Below, piece by piece: positions 25,653 to 39,600 of a stretch of 64,000 nt of DNA. Position numbers and translations under genes: made by a program. Within the stretch, counting starts at the first letter, position 1; each line of letters starts with the position of its first letter. Location of the stretch: contig NC_043004.1 in NCBI RefSeq assembly GCF_006345805.1, positions 76,632,001 through 76,696,000 of the forward strand, in the 5' to 3' direction. This DNA is from Octopus sinensis. Taxonomy: Eukaryota. Below the pieces are notes generated by a model that saw only the letters and a program-made list of their open reading frames with translations, did not search any database and had not been told where the DNA came from.

Positions 25653-26530
25653 TTTTGTTAGCAGACTGCCTTACCTTCTCTTAATGATGAAATATAAATT
25701 ATCCAAAAGTAACTAACAAAAATGATTAATAAACGAAGCAACTATGACTGGTTGTTTTTAATATATGCAGAACACATGGGGGTGAAGTGAACATACCAAA
25801 AATGATTTTGGTAGCTTCAGGTGTAACAAATGGTTGTTGCCAAGATCAATTTGTTCATGAAACATAAAGGTCTGAACAAACTGTCATCCTTTCAATGATT
25901 ATAACATTCGAGCTGTTGAGTTGTGGTGTGGTTGGTGGTAATAAGGTTGTGAATAGAAAGAATGATGGAGACATACGATGGTAGGTAAAGATAGTGTTCA
26001 AGTTGAGAAATAAGGAATAGTTCACATGTAGGGAATGTCATACAGGCTAACATATATGCAAATAAGAGAAAAAAAGTTGATGTAGTGTAAGTCATTGTAA
26101 ATCTATAATAATAAATGGCAAAACGAATTTCTGTGTGTCAGTGTGTCACACTTTGACTCCACCTCTCACTATTCAATGACACTTCTTCTACTCCTTTTGC
26201 TGGGGTGAGAGTAATAGTAGGCATAGAGACAGCGAGGACAGTAGTAGATTGATAGTTGAGATAGTAATGGGGTGATAGTAATAGTATGAGATGTAGTTGT
26301 GATAGAGGCAGAGGCGACAGTGATGATGGTGGTGGTGGTGGTGATAGTAAGGGATGTGAAAGACAGTGGTGATGGTGGTGGAAGGGAAGGCAGTGAAGTC
26401 AAAAGTGTTGATGGTGGTGGTATCAGAAGTCTGAATGGTGTGTGTATGGCAGTTGTGGTGTTGATGGTGGTTGTACTGGTGATGGCAATGCTTGAAAATA
26501 ATCAATAGAGAGAGAGACACAGAGAGAGAG

Positions 26531-26566
<36 letters not shown>

Positions 26567-27459
26567 TAGACAGAAAAAAAATTGTCCTGAAACCCACCCC
26601 ACCCCCGAATGGTAAGACAAAAAATGTTTATCATGAAACTTTGCAGTAAGTTTCAAGTTGATATATTATATCATGGTTTTGAAGAAAATTGTTCATTGCT
26701 TGAAAAATATTGGTCAAGTTTAATAAAATTAAATATGCACTCATTGCATGAAGTGTCATAATTGGGCTCAAGGCCCAATGAAGAGCCCTCCACAGGAGCT
26801 AGCTCAAAAGCTGCCCGATGGGGGCTTTTAAGCTAACAAATAATTTTGATCCTGCATTGGTGAAGGACTGTGTGAGAAGTGGGGGAATGTGGAAACGAAT
26901 TAGGGGATAATGACATCTTCACATAAATATTGAAAGAATAAAAACCATTTGCTTTTGTCCTTAACGCATGACATGAAAGTTAGATATGATCAGGAGTATT
27001 TATAGACAAACAAAAAATGAAGATGATTTCAAAGAATCTGATGATAGTAAATTTAGTTAGCATCAGCAGAATTCTTTATATTTGATGTCAAAATAAGGGA
27101 CATGGTTGGAATGGTAGAGTGTACATAGGAACAAAACAGTCCATTCTTGGGGCAGTCACAGCAGTTACTGCTGAAGTATTGACAAATAATGATAATGTAA
27201 AAACAGAGAATTTATGCATTTAGAGAAAGCGAGCTTGATTATTTATAGAAATAGAGTTTGATTATTTGGTAGTATAAAAAGTCAAGGTTGGTAAGGGAAA
27301 AGATGGAACTTTCATGTGACAGGCCTAAAACATACATTCATTCAAACATACATAGATACACAAAAACATACATACATATATAGTTATATACATACACACA
27401 TACATACATGCATTCATTCATGCATATATGCAGGCAGGCATACATATATACATGCATGC

Positions 27460-27610
27460 ATGCATGCATGCATGCATGCATGCATGCATACATACATACA
27501 TACATACATACATACATACATACATACATACATACATACATACATACATACATACATACATACATACATACATACATACATACATACATACATACATACA
27601 TACATACATA
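27460..27610. repeat. (CATG)n grading into (CATA)n
   Basis: Direct reading. Confidence 0.95.
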
Positions 27611-27890
27611 GTGGTTCTCCGTTGGTTATGACAATGAGGGTTCCAGTTGATCCAATCAACGGAACAGCCTGCTCGTGAAATACAGGTACAACAGAAACAG
27701 GAAGAAAGAGTAAGAGAAAGTTGTGGTGAAAGAGTACAGCAGGCTTTGCCACCACCCACCCAGCCAGAGCCTTGAGAAGCTTTAGGTGTTTTCACTCAAT
27801 AAACACTCACAACACCCAGTCTGGGAATCGAAACCGTGATCCTACAACCGCGAGTCCGCTGCCCTAACCACTGGGCCATTGCACCTCCAC
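27610..27890 (-). mobile_element. tRNA-derived SINE (family D) with well-preserved tRNA-like head
   Basis: Minus strand head gtggaggtgcaatggcccagtggttagggcagcggactc...ggtttcgattcccag; body shared with 53430-53742, 54012-54140, 21040-21300, 63310-63520. Confidence 0.8.
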
Positions 27891-28404
27891 ACACACATAT
27901 ATGTATACATGAGAAGACAAGGAAATGAATATGGTTCTTTTAAGATATTGATTTTTTTCAACTGTTTACTGTTGTTGAAAATATTGGATATAGAACTTTG
28001 TTTTAAATAATATTTGCAAAGGCAATCTAAGACAATTAGGATACAGTGAATTCATAATATAGTTTATAGCATGCTGAACACCAACATTAAAGGAATTGTA
28101 CAAGCTCAGATCTATTATTTAAGTAAAATCTTTTATAATCCCATCAATGAATTAGGATTAAACTCCCATTCCCAACACATTGAAAGCTAGAATAATTCCT
28201 TTTAGAGTTTGCTCTGGAATAACTGATCGGTTTGTATTTTTCTTTAATACTTTGTAATTTCCTTAATTTATCTGTCAATTCATCATTCATGCACAAAGAA
28301 AAGAGATCTCAAAGTGAAAGAATAACAAAAAGGTAAGAGAGACAGGTAAAGAAATGTCTATAGAAACTGTTTGAGAATCAATATTAGGATGCATGCTGAA
28401 TTAC

Positions 28405-28533
28405 CTTGTGGGTTCTGATCCTGACTTATATGCTCGTTTCTTGCCCAGTCTTTCAAGACGTTCTTGTGCTTTGATCACAGGTCTGATAATACTCTTCCTC
28501 CGCTTAGCATATATTGCCAGTTGTTGCTCTCTC
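28405..28533 (-). CDS. MAP3K13: DLK/LZK MAP3K exon, basic post-zipper segment (missed by ORF track)
   Basis: REQQLAIYAKRRKSIIRPVIKAQERLERLGKKRAYKSGSEPT(S); acceptor ccacag, donor gtaatt; 129 bp, phase 2-2. Confidence 0.9.
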
Positions 28534-29149
28534 CTGTGGATTGCACATCAACATGGAGGATATCAACAGAGCCACATCAATAGTTGAAAACGGCTGCACA
28601 GACACTCAACCAACAATTTGAAATCTTTCAAGAATCTTATTTCATTATTTATTTACTTACTTATTTTTATTGTTAAAAGAATTCAAGACTCAAAAGAGAA
28701 ATGGAATTTTGCATTTGTTTTGCTAACCTGGACTAGAATTGGTTTGTAGAATTATTGCTATGAATTGATATTTGGCTTTATAATTATGAGTTTTTTTAAT
28801 AGAATACAGCTCAAGTTAAAACTACACTTTGTTTTCTTATATTTTTTTTGTCTTGAGCAAAAGCTGTAGATTATTGAGTAATGAAATTGCTAAAAACTTT
28901 AGAAGACCTAAGCTTGGGTGCAGGCATGGCCGAGTGGTTAAGGAGTTCAAATAACAATTATGTAGTTTCAGACCTCACTACATGGCACCTTGGGTAAGTG
29001 TCTACCACCATATCCTTGAATCAACCAAAGCCTTGTAAGTGTGAAATTTGATTTTAAAAAAAACGTGGAAGCTTATCGAAAGACTATTCCTGTTCTTGAA
29101 TGTTAAACTTAATCTGTCAACTGGTTTAATACCATCACCTGGTCCATAG

Positions 29150-29570
29150 ATGCCTTCAGCAGAATCTGTTCATTTGCAAACTTGCAAGACTGACATGTGC
29201 CTCCTAAAGTTACCCTACTTTGATGACAAAACCACTGCTGCAATCCATTGTGCAGTCTGCAGGCAGGGACTAAGCATGCAGACGGTGCACACTGTCCACG
29301 TGCCCAATCAACAACTAACTCAAAGGTCTACATGTTATATGAGGTAGTCTGCAGCAAATGTGATGCAACCAACATTGGGATCACAATTGGAAAGCAGTAC
29401 ATATGCATCAAGGAATATGTGTGCACAAACACTCCAGTCCACAAACACCTGCAGCAGTACCTGGGACTTTTCTGTATCCATCAGGGTTACAAACTATAAC
29501 AAAGACAACCTTTGAATTAAAGAGGATATCCTTATTAATAAGTTGGAACCAATATTAAGCAAAGAAAAAA
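29150..29570 (+). mobile_element. Penelope-like element remnant, GIY-YIG endonuclease region
   Basis: LLKLPYFDD.. then CPRAQSTTNSKVYMLYEVVCSKCDATNIGITIGKQYICIKEY...PVHKHLQ and LKEDILINKLEPILSKE; degenerate VY..CxxC..YIG...R.KEH pattern. Confidence 0.65.
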
Positions 29571-31289
29571 AAAACAGTTACAGGAAGCAGATTGGCTACT
29601 ATAACAACACCAGTCTGTGTCACTACTTTCTCCTACATACCTTCAGTATGAGGATGACTTTATTCTTTTCCCTTATCAATTTTGGAGACTCTGGAAATAT
29701 CATCAATGATCCCCTTCCTATTCTTAGTAATAAAAATATATAAAAGAAATAAAGACAAAAAAGTTTCCTCTGACACTTATCGTTTGATAGGTAAGGAACT
29801 ATAGAAAAGCTTCCTTGAACAGATGATAAATCTAACAACTATAAATATCATAATTAGAAACAGTTGCTGCTAGATGGCCTAGAAATTTAACGTAAGCCTA
29901 TATCTAAGAACAAGTAAAATTTTAGTCAAGGTTAAAATGAAGTATTATTAAATTTGATAACATTTAAGCTATAGTGAAAGCCTATTTACTTTCCAGAAAG
30001 ATCATGGCTTTTAGTGTTTGAATTGAGGACCATCTTTGCATAAATATAATTCTATCTCTATAAAGCAACATACATGTGCAAATTGCTGGAAGTATTTTTG
30101 GGTGTAAGTGCTGGTTAAAGCAAAGGTAATGATACATTTTAGCACTAACTGTGATATCTAAGAACTAAAGGTGACAAATTCTAATTTGAACAATATGAAC
30201 AATTAGTGACAACCAGTCAAGATGCTAGAAAAGACAAGTCGTACAGCAAAAGATCTATATTGTAATTTAACTACAAATAAAACATATAATATTTACAAAT
30301 TCGACACATCCCTAAGAAAAAAAAAAATGTTCAACTGAGAATTTTTCTGCATTTGCTTGTAATTTGTCACAGTAATTATCAATTGGAAAACAGGCATTTG
30401 TTTGTAATCAAACATCAAATAATCAAATATCACTATAAATCCTGAAAGAAAATATAATTAAAACATGATAATTCTCAAGAAAATTTAAATTTCAATGCTT
30501 TTGTACTGAACTGTTCATATTAAAAACTTATGGTATTTTCAGGTAGGAAAATAATTTCTATGCTACAAACCTCTTGGTGCTAATGGATTAAATTTTTGGC
30601 TTGTTAATCTCATTTCCCCCCTCTTATTTTGTATTAGAGTATGGCAAATCAAATACGCTGACAAACGTTTCACAGAAGATGAAAGCCATAAATTTAGTGA
30701 ACTTCAAACAAAACTTTACACTGAAGATATTCATTTTCTAATATAATATATAAATTATTTGCTCTCTTTTTAAACAATATTAGAATGAAATAATAAAAAT
30801 TGATTCTTTGGTCAAGTTTTCATTAATTCACAAAGGCCTTAGGTCTCTTACGAACACTTATTAATGTCAGAAGCAATTATTTTCCAATGAGTGTTGTTTT
30901 TTTTTTATTTAAATAGTATTTTTTAAATCTGCTTACATTAGTCATTATTAACATGATAACTAAGTAATTCTGTTTGAATATATACCTAATATTTAACATA
31001 TTGTGTAAAATATTGCTGAAAAATTCTTTTAGCATATTTTATAACAAGAAGTATAACATTCTTATATAACACAAGGACTCAAATATTTATTTATAATGTG
31101 AAAGATATCCTTGAAATTAATTCAAGGCAGCTTCTCAGTCCTCCTGATCTGCTTTATAATTTAAACAAAATTTACTCAAAACAGCTTAATAAATCAAAGA
31201 ACTAGACAGAGTAAATGCATTTTAAGTTAATAACTGTCTAAGGTCAGCTCAGCTTTTGGTAGACTCCAGCACAGACTGCAGAGAGATCA

Positions 31290-31835
31290 CGGCATCTTCC
31301 TGGCCTACCTCTCTCATGTATGGCTATGAATCAATGATACTCTACAGGCACCGTATCCAATAGTTAGACTCCATCTTCACTGCTTTCGTTCAATTTGCAA
31401 CATCAAGTGGCAGGATAGAAACCCCAACGCTGGAGTTCTTGCGAGATGTGACATTCTAGGTATAGAGAGTTTCCTTATCAAAGTGCAAAGGAGGTGGATT
31501 GGCCATGTGGTATGCATGGAAGACATTTGCTTATGTAAATCTCTCTTTTATGGTCAGTTCCAGATATCAAGGCCATTCACTGCTCTGTTATAAGGACACT
31601 TAAAAAACCTGCTTGAAAATCTGTGACATAAATCTGTAGATATGGGAATTGGTAGCACTGAATAAAAGCCAGTGGAGAAGCTTGTGTTATCAAGCCACCT
31701 CTGACTTTGGATTAACGCCCTACAGAGAAAAGAGCCCAGTACAGAGCCAGCTCCAACCTACTCCCAGATGACAGTAACCACCACTGCAACAGGATCTACA
31801 AAACCGAGATAGGTCTGTATTCCCACATGAAATGA
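31290..31835 (+). mobile_element. RTE-clade LINE 3' fragment
   Basis: LMYGYESMILYRHRIQ / LHCFRSICNIKWQDRNPNAGVLARCDILGIESFLIKVQRRWIGHVVCMED and terminal CNRIYKTEIGLYSHMK*; frameshifted. Confidence 0.8.
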
Positions 31836-32242
31836 TACATTGAGTAGCTATGTCCTGTTGAAACTTCATTTGTCAAAGCAATGAAAGAGTCCATTTTAAG
31901 TATTCTAAATTGAAGTCAAAAGATTGTTGACCAATGCTTGAATTATATTAATAAAGGATGAATACTAAATAGAGAACACTGCTAATAAATAAAAGCATTT
32001 TTTTAATTATGTGAATAATTGATAACTAGCAAAAATAAATCAAGAGATTGCAATGAAATCTTTTGTATCATTGGTAATATATGAGATATTATAATGTATG
32101 AGACATTATATTTTAAATACATTATATTATAAATATATTATATTGTAATCCTAATATCAATGATCCATATTTGCTTTCTGTAAAAAATTTATAAATGTTC
32201 CAAAATGAAATTGTAAACAAAATAGGAAGAAATGAAAATTAC

Positions 32243-32359
32243 TTGATGAGTTCTCGTTCCCGTTTTTCAAGCTGCAGCATACAAGCTGTAAGTTCCATAT
32301 ATAAATTGTTGGCTCGTTCCAATTTCCTTTCATAATGTTCGCGAACATCCTGAGCATGT
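32243..32359 (-). CDS. MAP3K13: DLK/LZK MAP3K exon, leucine zipper region
   Basis: [38 protein letters not shown](K), the highly conserved DLK zipper; acceptor tttcag, donor gtaatt; 117 bp, phase 2-2. Confidence 0.96.
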
Positions 32360-33221
32360 CTGAAAGTACAATAAACAGATTGTGCAATTTCAAAGGGGAA
32401 AAAAATAACATAAAATAAAAATAAAAAAAAGGAAAAGCGGTGGAAATGGTCAGCACAAATAATCAATATATAAAGAGTTTATGTGAAATATCCTGGCTAT
32501 TTTTGGTACTGGCATGTGTGTGTGTTTTTATCTAAAGTATTAGTATCATTTTTGTTTACTTGTTTCATTCATTGGACAGTAGCCATGCTGGGGCATTGCC
32601 TTGAAGGGCTTTAGAGTAGAAGACACTTGCTCAAGGTGCTACACAGTGACACTGAACCCCAAATCATGTGGATGCAAAGTGAGCTTCTTAACCACTTAGT
32701 TTTGCCTGCATCCCCACCCACACAGTCAAGCCTACAGCTGCCACACAACCATAAAGGTTTTTTAAACCTAATGCAAGAATAACATTTTGGCAGGAGAGGG
32801 AAAACTGACATAATCTCAGGGTGTTTACTTGTGGTTATTTTATCAACACTCAAAATTTACAGAAAGATATTTTAACTAAATTATACTAAAGAATTTAATC
32901 CAGTATTATATCATTTCTGTCAACTCTCTTATAAGCTGTACTGTCTTATTAATTCATTGATTATATTTTAAACAGTTCCAGTATTTGGCCTATGACCATG
33001 CCAATGCAATGCTTTCAAGGGTTTCATTTAATTATATTAATCCCAGTAACTTGTATGATGCATTTCATAATGTAGAATGAGAAAGCTGATTTGGATGAAA
33101 ATGGATATAACTTGAGTGGAATTAAATACCACAATGTATTTTTGCTTGCCACACCAGTTTTCTTCAGTTGTCCTAAGCCAATACCCACATGGACATCCAC
33201 ATGCACATATCACACATGCAT

Positions 33222-33249
<28 letters not shown>

Positions 33250-33252
<3 letters not shown>

Positions 33253-33490
33253 TCCGATAAACCTGGTTTCCATGCTGGCATGAGTTGGATGGTTTGACCA
33301 GAGCTGACAAGCTGGAAAGCTGCACCAGTCTTCAACTGTCTGTTTTGGCTTGGTGTCTATGGCTTGATGCCCTTCCTAATGCCAACCACTACAGAGCATA
33401 CAGGGTGCTTTTTATGTGGCATCAACACAGGTGCTTTTTACATGGCACTGGCATGGCTGTGTTTTTTTTTTTATGTGGCACCGGCAATGC
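33250..33490 (-). mobile_element. SINE-like repeat family C with 26-bp units
   Basis: ttccatgctggcatgagttggatggtttgacc...ccttcctaatgccaaccact, then gtgctttttatgtggc units at 33405 and 33431. Confidence 0.8.
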
Positions 33491-34039
33491 AATGAGATTG
33501 AAACTATCTATCCTTATTCTTGCAAAGAGAATTTCTTCATCACATAGGCATGTATGCATCCACATTGAAGTAAAACAATTATCTACTTTTTAGAACAGTT
33601 TTGTTACCCACTTCATGTTAAGAAAAATATTTTGAAAATCGATACATGCATATTGATTTTTTTTAGATCTATAAAATTTTAATGAAGTAAATACAAGAAT
33701 GAAAGCTTGTTGTTTATTGAGATTTTATTTATCTCTCCTTGGTGTTTAACATTTAGAATATCCATACCAAAACATCAAGATTCACTATCGCTTAAATTTT
33801 GCTTCAAGGAGAATAATGATTTCTTGTGTTAGCTCTATGAAATATACTTGGAAGCGGAATAAAATCAATTGGGTTGACGCAAGTACATAACTGACACATA
33901 TTTTATTAACCCTGCAGGGATGAACAGCAAACTGGCATATGAACAGAGATAAATCCAAATCACAAAGACTAATCTGTCTCTTCAGAGACAGGAAATAGGT
34001 TATCCTCAACAATTACCAACTCTCTACAAAATTCCAGTG

Positions 34040-34330
34040 ACACCATAATGGAGCATTGCTTCCACATCTAAACCAGTGCTGCATCTACTACTCATACAGG
34101 AATCCTAAATCACATCCAAAGAAAAGCCATTCAACTGATAGGTATTCAGTCACTCTCCGACACTTTTGTATTCTCTCCTCTGTTTTACCTTTCTACTGTT
34201 GCTACTGTGATCATTGCTTTTCACAGCTAACTGATATTGTGCTGTCTCCATTTAGATATTCCCATCTCAGTCATATCCTCTTCTTTCATTACTCATATTT
34301 TGTCCCTGTACCAAATCTCCCACTAACCAC
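34040..34330 (+). mobile_element. CR1/L2-like LINE fragment
   Basis: MEHCFHI*TSAASTTHTGILNHIQRKAIQLIG and SSVLPFYCCYCDHCFSQL resemble EYCSHIW...RIQRKAIRLI and LFYRYYxGHCSSEL motifs. Confidence 0.55.
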
Positions 34331-34730
34331 TATGTCCAGCTTTTCCTCTTCAGGATATCAACCGTTTGGAATTTCCCTCTTTTCATGCAGTCATCAATAT
34401 CTGAGAGAAATGGTAACTGCAGTGATTTCACTGATCTCAGAGGGCCTACAAAGGATACGATATAGCTTGTTCATTGAAACTAAATCAATAAACAAACAAA
34501 AGCCAAATAATGTTAAGCATTTGGTCAAATGCTCTATGGTTTCTACTGCTGCATAGTCTTATTTTCAATGTGACAAGTATTCTTCAAACTACTACTTGGA
34601 ATAACACACACATACATGAAACACCACACACACATACACACACACACACAAACATACATGCACACATCATCGTCTAATCCATGTGAGAGGCAGGTAGAAG
34701 ATGATGATAAAACAACAATGCTGATAAGGA

Positions 34731-34785
<55 letters not shown>

Positions 34786-35144
34786 AAGGGCTTCTTTCAG
34801 TTTCTATTAATTTTTGTATATAATTATATGTATATAATTTGAAACGTAAGATATACCTTTTTAATAAACATACAATTTATTCTCAATCTGAAATGTAAAT
34901 AATATAGTCACACCGCAGGTTTTAGTTTCTGTTGGTAAAAAGAATTCACTCTAATCAGTTTTTAGTCTTGTTGGACCCTCATCAGGAACAGATACTCATC
35001 TTTCTGTTTACAGAGAAATTATTAGCACATACCTATTTACAGTATATACAAAAGCACATAACGCTAAACTGGTCTGTCTACATTATGTAACAGTGTATAT
35101 GTTAACAACATGAATTAATTCATTCAATTATAGGTGCATTATAG

Positions 35145-35360
35145 GGTGGTGAGCTGGCAGAATCGTTAGCACACCAGGTGAAATGCCTAGCAGTATTTTG
35201 TCTGCTATTACATTCTGAATTCAAATTTCTCCAAGGTCGACTTTGCCTTTCAGCTTTTGGGATCGATAAATTAAGTACCAGTTGCGTACTGGCATCAATC
35301 TAATCAAATGCCCCCATCCACTCCCCCAAAATTTCGGGACTTTTGCCTAGAGTAGAAAAG
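35145..35360 (+). mobile_element. tRNA-derived SINE (family A)
   Basis: ggtggtgagctggcagaatcgttagcac...ctgaattcaaatt...gtcgactttgcctttca; reverse complement of the 101-326 copy. Confidence 0.8.
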
Positions 35361-36149
35361 AATATCTTAAATTTTCCAAAGAAGCATGAAATAATCTGAT
35401 GAACATATACACCCATATTAATATAGTAGAACAGTAGAGTCTGTGGAGCTCAGAGATATTCTGCATTAACAAATAGTAAAACAAATGATTAAAACTGGTG
35501 GAATAAATATGAATAATATAGGTCAAGTGTTGAGGTTTATAGCGGTTTTTCAATGACAAAAAAAAAAAGTAAAATGATTTTTAAATCTCCTTCAACTGAA
35601 TTTCTTTGTTTGTAGTTAGGTGTATTCAAGGTAGTATTTACAATGAAGGAAATTACTGAAGACTCGACTACATTCATCAGGATAATGAACAATAAATTGT
35701 TGAGTTCTATTGATCAAAAGGAAGTTAATTTTCAACTGAATAATTACAAGAATTAAATAGGAGTTTAGTTTAGTTGCTATTAATGATTCTTGTTTATCAG
35801 CAACATTTCTTGGAATGCCATAAAAATAAACAAAATTAACACACACACACACACACACACACTGAACTAGAAACATAAACCGGAAAATGGTTATTTTGAT
35901 TTTGTCTCATTATGATAGAGGGGAAAATACTAAAGTCTCTACTCAGTCTGGAGACAATCTGCTTATGGATGTAGAGCAGCCAACCAAGAATGGATTGAGT
36001 TCATTTACTGGAACAAAAACCAAATGTTGCAGAAAGACACCACTAAAATATACGACTATAATTCTATGCTTGCTAAGCTGCAGATAGAATGTCCCTTAAT
36101 CTCAAAAAAAGTAGAAGTTATTTTTGCATAAGGAGTTTTACATTTTGTG

Positions 36150-36470
36150 AAGTTTTATTCACTGAATCATCATCATCATCATCACTACCACCTCCATCAT
36201 CATCATGATCATTGCCATCTTTCTCATTGGCATTATCATCATCATCATCATCACTGTCATCATCATCGTCACCATTGGTATCATTGTCTTTGTTGTTGTC
36301 ATTTTCATCATTTTCATCAATGTCATCATCGTCAATATTCTCCTCCTCCTCATGATTTTCACTGCTACCACCATGATAACTGATCATTCTTAATATTGTC
36401 AATTCATAACCATCACCACTTTTACTACCAACACATAACCACCACCTGTAAATATCACCATTATCATCTA
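36150..36470. repeat. Degenerate (CAT)n tract, probably the expanded tail of the adjacent family C element
   Basis: Direct reading; abuts the 3' end of the minus-strand element at 36475. Confidence 0.8.
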
Positions 36471-36474
36471 TATC

Positions 36475-36630
36475 TAAAGTCTGTTTTCCATGCTGGCATG
36501 AGTTGGATGGTTTGACAGGACGGCAAGACCAGGAGTCGCACCAGATTCCACAGTCTGTTTTGGCTTGGTTTCTACAGCTGCCTGTCCTTCCTAATGCCAA
36601 CCACTTTACAGAGTGTACTGGGTACCGATC
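36475..36630 (-). mobile_element. SINE-like repeat (family with (ATG)n tail) that hosts the minisatellite
   Basis: ccatgctggcatgagttggatggtttgac...ccttcctaatgccaaccactttacagagtgtactggg matches copies at 15930-16157, 33265-33490, 54560-54720. Confidence 0.85.
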
Positions 36631-39600
36631 ATGTGGCACCAGCACCAGTGCTTTTTATGTGGCATCATCAGCAGTGATTTTCATGTAGCACCATCAGCAG
36701 TGCTTTTCATGTGGTACCATCAGCAGTGCTTTTCATGTGGTACCATCAGCAGTGCTTTTCATGTGGCACCAGCACCAGTGCTTTTTATGTGGCATCATCA
36801 GCAGTGATTTTCATGTAGCACCATCAGCAGTGCTTTTCATGTGGTACCATCAGCAGTGCTTTTCATGTGGTACCATCAGCAGTGCTTTTCATGTGGTACC
36901 ATCAGCAGTGCTTTTCATGTGGTACCATCAGCAGTGATTTTCATGTGTACCATCAGCAGTGCTTTTCATGTGGTACCATCAGCAGTGCTTTTCATGTGGT
37001 ACCATCAGCAGTGCTTTTCATGTGGTACCATCAGCAGTGCTTTTCATGTGGTACCATCAGCAGTGCTTTTCATGTGGTACCATCAGCAGCTTTTCATGTG
37101 TACCATCAGCAGTGCTTTTCATGTGGTACCATCAGCAGTGCTTTTCATGTGGTACCATCAGCAGTGCTTTTTATGTGGTACCATCAGCAGTGCTTTTCAT
37201 GTGGTACCATCAGCAGTGCTTTTCATGTGGTACCATCAGCAGTGCTTTTCATGTGGTACCATCAGCAGTGATTTTCATGTGGTACCATCAGCAGTGATTT
37301 TCATGTGTGGTACCATCAGCAGTGCTTTTTATGTGGTACCATCAGCAATGCTTTTCATGTGGCACCATCAGCAGTGCTTTTCATGTGGTACCATCAGCAT
37401 GCTTTTCATGTGGTACCATCAGCAGTGCTTTTTATGTGGTACCATCAGCAGTGCTTTTCATGTGGTACCATCAGCAGTGCTTTTTATGTGGTACCATCAG
37501 CAGTGCTTTTTATGTGGTACCATCAGCAGTGCTTTTCATGTGGTACCATCAGCAGTGATTTTCATGTGGTACCATCAGCAGTGCTTTTCATGTGGTACCA
37601 TCAGCAGTGCTTTTTATGTGGCACCATCAGCAGTGATTTTCATGTGGTACCATCAGCAGTGCTTTTTATGTGGCACCATCAGCAGTGCTTTTCATGTGGT
37701 ACCATCAGCAGTGCTTTTCATGTGGTACCATCAGCAGTGCTTTTCATGTGGTACCATCAGCAGTGCTTTTCATGTGGTACCATCAGCAGTGCTTTTCATG
37801 TGGCACCATCAGCAGTGCTTTTCATGTGGTACCATCAGCAGTGCTTTTCATGTGGTACCATCAGCAGTGCTTTTTATGTGGTACCATCAGCAGTGCTTTT
37901 CATGTGGTACCATCAGCAGTGCTTTTCATGTGGTACCATCAGCAGTGCTTTTCATGTGGTACCATCAGCAGTGCTTTTCATGTGGTACCATCAGCAGTGC
38001 TTTTCATGTGGTACCATCAGCAGTGCTTTTTATGTGGTACCATCAGCAGTGCTTTTTATGTGGTACCATCAGCAGTGCTTTTCATGTGGTACCATCAGCA
38101 GTGCTTTTCATGTGGTACCATCAGCAGTGCTTTTTATGTGGTACCATCAGCAGTGCTTTTCATGTGGTACCATCAGCAGTGCTTTTCATGTGGTACCATC
38201 AGCAGTGATTTTCATGTGGTACCATCAGCAGTGCTTTTCATGTGGTACCATCAGCAGTGCTTTTCATGTGGCACCATCAGCAGTGCAGTGCTTTTCATGT
38301 GGTACCATCAGCAGTGATTTTCATGTGGTACCATCAGCAGTGCTTTTTATGTGGCATCATCAGCAGTGATTTTCATGTAGCACCATCAGCAGTGCTTTTC
38401 ATGTGGTACCATCAGCAGTGCTTTTCATGTGGTACCATCAGCAGTGCTTTTCATGTGGTACCATCAGCAGTGCTTTTCATGTGGTACCATCAGCAGTGAT
38501 TTTCATGTGGTACCATCAGCAGTGCTTTTCATGTGGTACCATCAGCAGTGCTTTTCATGTGGTACCATCAGCAGTGCTTTTCATGTGGTACCATCAGCAG
38601 TGCTTTTCATGTGGTACCATCAGCAGTGCTTTTCATGTGGTACCATCAGCAGTGCTTTTCATGTGGTACCATCAGCAGTGCTTTTCATGTGGTACCATCA
38701 GCAGTGCTTTTCATGTGGTACCATCAGCAGTGCTTTTTATGTGGTACCATCAGCAGTGCTTTTCATGTGGTACCATCAGCAGTGCTTTTCATGTGGTACC
38801 ATCAGCAGTGCTTTTCATGTGGTACCATCAGCAGTGATTTTCATGTGGTACCATCAGCAGTGATTTTCATGTGGTACCATCAGCAGTGCTTTTTATGTGG
38901 TACCATCAGCAATGCTTTTCATGTGTGGCACATCAGCAGTGCTTTTCATGTGGTACCATCAGCAGTGCTTTTCATGTGGTACCATCAGCAGTGCTTTTTA
39001 TGTGGTACCATCAGCAGTGCTTTTCATGTGGTACCATCAGCAGTGCTTTTTATGTGGTACCATCAGCAGTGCTTTTTATGTGGTACCATCAGCAGTGCTT
39101 TTCATGTGGTACCATCAGCAGTGATTTTCATGTGGTACCATCAGCAGTGCTTTTCATGTGGTACCATCAGCAGTGCTTTTTATGTGGCACCATCAGCAGT
39201 GATTTTCATGTGGTACCATCAGCAGTGCTTTTTATGTGACACCATCAGCAGTGATTTTCATGTGGTACCATCAGCAGTGCTTTTCATGTGGTACCATCAG
39301 CAGTGCTTTTCATGTGGTACCATCAGCAGTGCTTTTCATGTGGTACCATCAGCAGTGATTTTCATGTGGTACCATCAGCAGTGCTTTTCATGTGGTACCA
39401 TCAGCAGTGCTTTTCATGTGGTACCATCAGCAGTGCTTTTCATGTGGTACCATCAGCAGTGCTTTTTATGTGGCACCATCAGCAGTGCTTTTCATGTGGT
39501 ACCATCAGCAGTGCTTTTCATGTGGTACCATCAGCAGTGCTTTTCATGTGGTACCATCAGCAGTGCTTTTTATGTGGTACCATCAGCAGTGCTTTTTATG

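Noticed and set aside
27820-27890. tRNA gene
   Set aside because: A/B boxes present but it is the head of a SINE attached to the repeat body; no complete cloverleaf seen.
34950-34995. Minus-strand CTGATGA-GGGTC-CAACAA-GACT-AAAAAC hammerhead-like motif
   Set aside because: GAAA box and cleavage triplet degenerate and no stem I pairing found; at most a decayed PLE remnant.
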